Part shown: one piece after another, positions 58,647 through 64,000 of the stretch
How positions within the stretch are numbered: the first letter of the stretch is position 1
Layout of the letters: every line of letters starts with the position of its first letter
Assembly (NCBI GenBank): GCA_963805085.1
Contig: CAWDTA010000002.1
Span: 2,074,207-2,138,206 of the forward strand
Source: an uncultured Veillonellaceae bacterium
Lineage (GTDB): Bacteria; Bacillota; Negativicutes; JARBTT01
Direction: 5' to 3'
DNA: 64,000 nt
Notes under the pieces: model-generated
The model's input: only the letters and a program-made list of their open reading frames with translations
What the model was told of the DNA's origin: nothing
Database searches by the model: none
Made by a program: the position numbers and the translations under genes

Positions 58647-59867
58647 TTATGACATTTGTGGATGATAATCTGCTTTGATTTGTACAAATAAGATAACGAA
58701 AACAAATAAAAACAGGAGTGAAGTTACCCAGAAGATAGAGGATATACCAAAGAATATGGAGAAGAGTCCAGCACATAACGGGCCTAAGACGTTGCCCATG
58801 AGAGCGGCGCCACCAGTTATACCATAGGCTGCACCTCGTTTGGCTTCGGGAATCAGATAGGTAACGATTGTATTGGCACTGGGGATCATGGCACCGATAC
58901 ATAGACCATTGATCGCACGCATAATCCCTAAAGACAAGATGCTGTTTGCGGCAAGCTGTCCGATAAAAGTAACAGCGCATAAGATCGATGCTATTGTAAG
59001 AATTCGACGGTGGGAAAAATGTCTATTGATCAAGCCCATACTGGCTGAGGCTAAAGCCCTGGTAATCCCGCCGATCGCAATGATTGTACCTGAAATGCTG
59101 GCAAGGCTGCCTGTATTGGATACCATATTCTGAATGTAAATCGGTAAGATTGGACCGATGCTTTGCATCGCAAATTGTGCTAGAAATAAAACAATCAGCA
59201 TGACTTTTAAATCACCTAAAGACCAAATATAACGAAGCGTTTCTTTGATTGAAGGCTGTTCGCTTTTTGGTGTGGGGATGAAAGCTTCCGAAATGGCAAA
59301 ACGAATGATAATTAAAGTGACTAAACACAGGGCGCCGAAAATAATAAACGGCAGGCGGTAGCCAAATAAATCGGCAATGACACCGCCAATCATCGGACCT
59401 ACTGCGCCACCGACAATGAGTGCTGTCTGAAACATACCAACAATAAATGGGATCTTTTCTTTTGGCGCCATGCTTAGACCAAGTGCTGTCGCAGCAGCGA
59501 CAAAGCCACCACAAAGACCTTGGAATATGCGCAAGGCTAAAAGTTGATAGACATTGGTTACAAAAGCCATGACCATCATGATAAGTCCAAATAAAAATAA
59601 GACTTTTTCAACCATTGGTTTGCGCCCCTGGCGATCGGCCATAGCACCCCAATATGGATTCGAGAGTGCGGCAAAAAATGAAGTAGCGCCCATCAGGATT
59701 CCAGCCCAAAGGCCGAGGGAGGAAGTATTGGTGACACCGAGTTGCATTATATAGAGGGGGAGAAATGCAACTACACCTGTGATTGCACTCATACCAATAA
59801 ATTGCGCTGTCCACATGATATAAAAAGAGCGTTTCCATTGTGTTGTTATTTTGCTATTGCTTAACAT
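58647..59867 (-). CDS. MFS efflux transporter (DHA1, MdtG-like)
   Basis: WGAMADRQGRKPM, LRIFQGLCGG, GPMIGG. Confidence 0.9.
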   Translation of the reverse strand: MLSNSKITTQWKRSFYIMWTAQFIGMSAITGVVAFLPLYIMQLGVTNTSSLGLWAGILMGATSFFAALSNPYWGAMADRQGRKPMVEKVLFLFGLIMMVMAFVTNVYQLLALRIFQGLCGGFVAAATALGLSMAPKEKIPFIVGMFQTALIVGGAVGPMIGGVIADLFGYRLPFIIFGALCLVTLIIIRFAISEAFIPTPKSEQPSIKETLRYIWSLGDLKVMLIVLFLAQFAMQSIGPILPIYIQNMVSNTGSLASISGTIIAIGGITRALASASMGLINRHFSHRRILTIASILCAVTFIGQLAANSILSLGIMRAINGLCIGAMIPSANTIVTYLIPEAKRGAAYGITGGAALMGNVLGPLCAGLFSIFFGISSIFWVTSLLFLFVFVILFVQIKADYHPQMS

Positions 59868-60021
59868 TACAATACCTTCTTCTGTAATAAATTTAAAAAA
59901 TAAGTTTTTTTGACTAAAACTATTGATGATTCTTTAAAAGTATAGCACAATAGAAAGTATGGTAAAACTAGTAAGAAAGTATATGTAATATATAAATTAG
60001 GAATAGAAACGGAGGCACTAT

Positions 60022-60900
60022 ATGGAATTTAAAGATATGCACGCGTTTTATGCAGTGGTGGAAGAAGGCAATATAAGCCATGCCGCAAAACGTTTAGATG
60101 TTGCGCAGCCTGCGCTCAGCAAACAAATGAAAAAGCTCGAAGAATCGCTGGGGGTCCAGCTTTTTGAACGCGGCAGTCGGAGAATTAGACTGACGGAAGC
60201 GGGACAAGTTCTTTATACGAGAGTGGAACAAATCTTAGGAATGGTAGATGGGACGGTAAATGAAATTACAGCGATTGGATCGGGTGTTATGGGATCGTTG
60301 AAGATTGGAACAGTCACAACCTCAGGCGCTACACTACTTCCAGGGTTGATTAAAGAATTCCATAAACGGTATCCGAAAGTAACCTTTCAATTATGGGAAG
60401 GCGAAGGCAAACATATTTTAGAGCTTTTAGATAATCGGATTATTGAGATTGGCATTACAAGAACCCATGTTGATCGTACGATATATCAATCAATTACGCT
60501 ATCAAATGAACCGTTAGTTATGGTTATGCAGAAGAATCTTTGCTGTTGTGGGGAAAGTGCCGATAGTGTCAGTTTGTTAGAGTTAAAAGACCAGCCGCTT
60601 ATTATTCCACTGCGCTGGAAAACCATTTTTTTGGCGCAATGCAGTAAGTTAGGGTTTGTTCCTAAAATTGTTTGTGTAAGTGATGGGGTTTTGCAAAACA
60701 TCTTATGGACTAAAATGGGAATTGGTATGGCTTTAGTGCCGGAGTCTACAAAGGAACTGTTGTCGGAAGAAGAGCTCGTATATAAAACGATTGTCGACCC
60801 GGCGATATCAACCCAAACCGTGATTGCTTGGTTAAGAAATAGGACATTGTCACATAGTGGAAAGCATTTTTTGGCGTTGTTTAAAGAAATGTTTAAGTGA
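60022..60900 (+). CDS. LysR-family transcriptional regulator
   Basis: EEGNISHAAKRLDVAQPALSKQMKKLE; divergent from the MFS gene. Confidence 0.95.
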   Translation: MEFKDMHAFYAVVEEGNISHAAKRLDVAQPALSKQMKKLEESLGVQLFERGSRRIRLTEAGQVLYTRVEQILGMVDGTVNEITAIGSGVMGSLKIGTVTTSGATLLPGLIKEFHKRYPKVTFQLWEGEGKHILELLDNRIIEIGITRTHVDRTIYQSITLSNEPLVMVMQKNLCCCGESADSVSLLELKDQPLIIPLRWKTIFLAQCSKLGFVPKIVCVSDGVLQNILWTKMGIGMALVPESTKELLSEEELVYKTIVDPAISTQTVIAWLRNRTLSHSGKHFLALFKEMFK

Positions 60901-60974
60901 TAGGTGGCATAGATTTTGGATATATATGAATTTACAAATTGTTTACCAGCCGCGCGAAAGGAAGAATTACTATA

Positions 60975-62336
60975 ATGAATTTTCTAAGAACGAATAATAG
61001 CTTGAAAAATAGGCTTTTATCTTTCATCATGGTTGCCTTACTGAATTGCATATTTGGTGCAGCTACGGTAGATGCGAGTGCAGCTGATGATGTCAATCGT
61101 GTTGATTTTTGGCTCGGAAATTTACAAAATCCCGACGCAGTTATTATGAACACAAAGCAAATAAAGAAATATAACAAAGAAATGCTTAGCAAGCTTTCCA
61201 ATATAAATTATGACTTTAAAAAGTTCCCAAAGGTAGTTGCTAGCAAGGACTTGCAAAAACTTTTACAAGCCAATGAACTTCCTGAAGGATATGTGAATGG
61301 TCAAAAAATGTTGCTAGACTTTAAAGCTCGTACTTTAAGCAATATGAATTTAGCGGCAGTAAAGACGAAAAATTCTGTTCGCTGGGGGATCGCTGTAAGA
61401 CGTTCTTCTTTGCGGCTATACCCGACAGTAGATGGTATATTTGATGAGCCGAATGATAATGAGTTTGATTTATTGCAAGCTACAATACTGAATCCAGGCG
61501 AAGCGGTAGCAATCCTACATAAAAGTACTGATAATCAATGGTATTTCGTCCAAACCAATACTTACCGAGGTTGGATATTTGCTGATGATGTTGCTGAAAC
61601 GGGTTATAATGAATGGTCAAATTGGCAAAATCCCCCCAATTTTTTAGTGGTGGTTGCCGCTAAACTAAATATACAAACTGATTCTGAAAAATTGCTAGTA
61701 GAAATGGGTTCACATTTGCCTGTGATAGGCAAGCAGGGCGATACCTATATCGTAAAATTGCCCCGACGTCAGGAGGATGGACAAGTTCGTTTTATTGAGG
61801 CAGCAGTGCCTATTGATGGCAGTGTCAATTTAGGGAATCTGCCTTATACACGCGCTAATATTATTAAGCAAGCCTTTAATTTTTATGGACAGCCATATGG
61901 TTGGGGCGGTCTGAATGATAGTGTAGACTGTTCAAGTTTTACTATGGATATCTACCGGTGTTTTGGATTTATGATGCCACGAGATGCTGATACCCAAGAG
62001 GTTGGTGTAGGAAAAGTATGGGCGGTTACTCCAGCAAATGTAGAAAGTGTACTCAATAAAGTTCTTCCTGGTGCTACTTTGCATATGGATGGTCATGTAA
62101 TGCTATATCTTGGGCGCGTGGGTGATAGTTACTATGTTATAAATTCCTTGGGCTCTTATGGTGACAGTCGTAACGTTGGCAGCGATGGTCTGCTCGCACG
62201 AGTGCCTGTTATGCAGGTTGTAACAACTGATATTAAGAATACCTTGCGACGTAATGGCAAAAGTTTTATGGCGGAGTTGCATACGGTAAAACAGTGGGAA
62301 TACTATAAAAAAAATGCTGTGTACTTGATGAATTGA
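60975..62336 (+). CDS. SH3 + NlpC/P60 cell-wall endopeptidase (YkfC-like)
   Basis: Signal peptide; PYGWGG..DCS; GHVMLYLG. Confidence 0.9.
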   Translation: MNFLRTNNSLKNRLLSFIMVALLNCIFGAATVDASAADDVNRVDFWLGNLQNPDAVIMNTKQIKKYNKEMLSKLSNINYDFKKFPKVVASKDLQKLLQANELPEGYVNGQKMLLDFKARTLSNMNLAAVKTKNSVRWGIAVRRSSLRLYPTVDGIFDEPNDNEFDLLQATILNPGEAVAILHKSTDNQWYFVQTNTYRGWIFADDVAETGYNEWSNWQNPPNFLVVVAAKLNIQTDSEKLLVEMGSHLPVIGKQGDTYIVKLPRRQEDGQVRFIEAAVPIDGSVNLGNLPYTRANIIKQAFNFYGQPYGWGGLNDSVDCSSFTMDIYRCFGFMMPRDADTQEVGVGKVWAVTPANVESVLNKVLPGATLHMDGHVMLYLGRVGDSYYVINSLGSYGDSRNVGSDGLLARVPVMQVVTTDIKNTLRRNGKSFMAELHTVKQWEYYKKNAVYLMN

Positions 62337-62342
62337 AATGAA

Positions 62343-62384
62343 AATTGGCGAATAGATAGTGATGACGTATTCGCCAATTTTTTT
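62343..62384 (+). terminator. Intrinsic terminator
   Basis: aattggcgaata / tattcgccaatt plus T-tract. Confidence 0.75.
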
Positions 62385-62470
62385 GTATGTAAAATATCGT
62401 ATAATGGAATAATAGGAGACGGAATTGTAAGGTGACTATCAGATAAAATGATAGTTTTGGAGGTAATGTT

Positions 62471-63451
62471 ATGAGAGCGGCGATGTATCAACAGAAAGAG
62501 GAGAATCATAATGTTCGCTGTCTATTGTGTCCTCATCATTGCAGCATAAGTCCTGGGAATATAGGAAGATGTAGAGTGCGGGTCAATGTAGATGGAACTC
62601 TTTACGCTAAAAATTATGGGAAAGTGATTTCCTATGCCTATGATCCAATCGAAAAGAAACCGTTATATCATTTTTATCCTGGCAGTACAATCTTTTCCAT
62701 TGGAACGTTTGGGTGTAATTTAGCGTGTGATTTTTGTCAAAATGCGGAACTAGTCTATTATGATGAAGAAGCTGACGAAATCTCTGATGAAGATATAATG
62801 GAGCTAGCACGCCGGGAAAATTCAATAGGGATCGCATACACGTATAATGAATCGACAATATGGTATGAATATGTTCTTCACGTAGCAAAACTTGCCCGCA
62901 AAGAAGGGCTAAAAAATGTTTTGGTTACCAATGGCTATATCAATGAGGAACCTTTACGTGAATTACTCCCGTATGTTGATGCAATGAATATCGACTTAAA
63001 ATCTATGGAGGCTAGTTTTTATAAGAATATTTGTAAAGGAAGTCTGGAGCTTGTCTTAAATACAATTGAATTGAGCAGCAAATATACCCATATAGAAGTC
63101 ACCACCCTAGTGATTGAGGGAGAAAATAGTAAGTGCTCTACTATCGAAGCAGTCGCACAAAAAATAGCTTCGATCGATCCGTCGATCCCTCTTCACTTAA
63201 GCAGGTATCACCCGGCTTATAAGATGAAGCTGACGCCAACGCCTATTGATACGCTAGTACAGGCAGTGGACATTTCAAAGAAATATTTAGAGTATGTTTA
63301 TATGGGAAATGTCTTTGGGGCGGATCAAACAACGTATTGTAAGATATGCGGGAATCCTCTGATATTAAGGGAGCATCACACGAGTGTAGTTGGAATAAAA
63401 GATAAAAAATGTAATGCTTGTAAGAATGCGATTCAAGGGTTAATCATATAA
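62471..63451 (+). CDS. amrS: AmmeMemoRadiSam system radical SAM enzyme
   Basis: CLLCPHHC, DPIEKKPLYHFYPG, GCNLACDFCQN. Confidence 0.92.
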   Translation: MRAAMYQQKEENHNVRCLLCPHHCSISPGNIGRCRVRVNVDGTLYAKNYGKVISYAYDPIEKKPLYHFYPGSTIFSIGTFGCNLACDFCQNAELVYYDEEADEISDEDIMELARRENSIGIAYTYNESTIWYEYVLHVAKLARKEGLKNVLVTNGYINEEPLRELLPYVDAMNIDLKSMEASFYKNICKGSLELVLNTIELSSKYTHIEVTTLVIEGENSKCSTIEAVAQKIASIDPSIPLHLSRYHPAYKMKLTPTPIDTLVQAVDISKKYLEYVYMGNVFGADQTTYCKICGNPLILREHHTSVVGIKDKKCNACKNAIQGLII

Positions 63452-63466
63452 AAGGATGGTGCGATT

Positions 63467-64000
63467 ATGGGTAAATTATTAGGCGGATATTTATTTCCTC
63501 ATCCTCCCATTTTAATTGAAGAGATCGGCAGAGGGGAAGAACTCAAAGCGGCAAAAACGATTGCTGGTATTGATGGATTGGTTTTAGATATAAAGAATAG
63601 AGAACCTTCAACGATTATATTGATCACACCCCATGGACCAGTTTTTCGTGATGGGATTGCAATCTCTACAGAGAAGAAGTTAGCAGGAGATTTTAGTCGT
63701 TTTGGGTGCGGAAATTTAGAAATTTCCTTTCAAAATAATGTAGAAATGGTGCAAGCAATCGTAAGTGAGAGCTCGCGCGAAGATATTCCATTGGTGCAAA
63801 TCAGCAAAGAGTCTGCAACTAAAATGGATATTGAGGAAAAACTTGACCATGGCGCATTGGTGCCGTTACATTTTGTGAATAAAGAATATAACAATTATAA
63901 GCTGGTGCATCTTACTTATGGTTTACTAGCACCAAATCTGTTGGCTAAGTTCGGAAAATTGTTAGCTAAAGTAGTGGAGAAATCTGACGAGCAGGTTATC
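63467..64000 (+). CDS. amrA: AmmeMemoRadiSam system protein A with N-terminal LigB/Memo-like domain, runs off the window
   Basis: PHPPILIEEIGRG, ITPHGP, LDHGALVPL; directly after amrS. Confidence 0.8.
   Translation, partial: MGKLLGGYLFPHPPILIEEIGRGEELKAAKTIAGIDGLVLDIKNREPSTIILITPHGPVFRDGIAISTEKKLAGDFSRFGCGNLEISFQNNVEMVQAIVSESSREDIPLVQISKESATKMDIEEKLDHGALVPLHFVNKEYNNYKLVHLTYGLLAPNLLAKFGKLLAKVVEKSDEQVI

Overview
Low-GC, spore-forming anaerobic Firmicute DNA (Negativicutes/Sporomusaceae-like by gene content; this is inference). The first ~46 kb is an accessory patchwork of small unrelated gene blocks: a SGNH hydrolase, a putative type I TA locus, a GT39, a chimeric alpha/beta hydrolase, mazEF, oleate hydratase, a redox/DUF438 cluster, enterobacterial-like yicIJ, SASPs, HD-GYP and GGDEF proteins, gpmA, YIEGIA, an exosporium collagen, a guanidino-compound utilisation operon and an AbgT/M20 operon. 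These blocks are separated by at least six families of 40-100 bp intergenic repeats, all in the same orientation. The families include five copies of a ~65-70 bp palindrome and five short Ala-acceptor (tmRNA/tRNA-Ala-like) 3'-end motifs (CGCCTCCACCA-like), three of them followed by the same terminator module. No integrase is present in the window. The pattern suggests an oriented gene-accretion (cassette-like) array. Three ANTAR-type hairpins overlapping terminators precede nitrogen-scavenging genes. The last ~18 kb holds an HcpR-hcp nitrosative stress cluster, a heavily frameshifted P1B ATPase, hppA, mscS, an MFS/LysR pair, an NlpC/P60 protein and amrS-amrA. No rRNA, complete tRNA or CRISPR array was seen.
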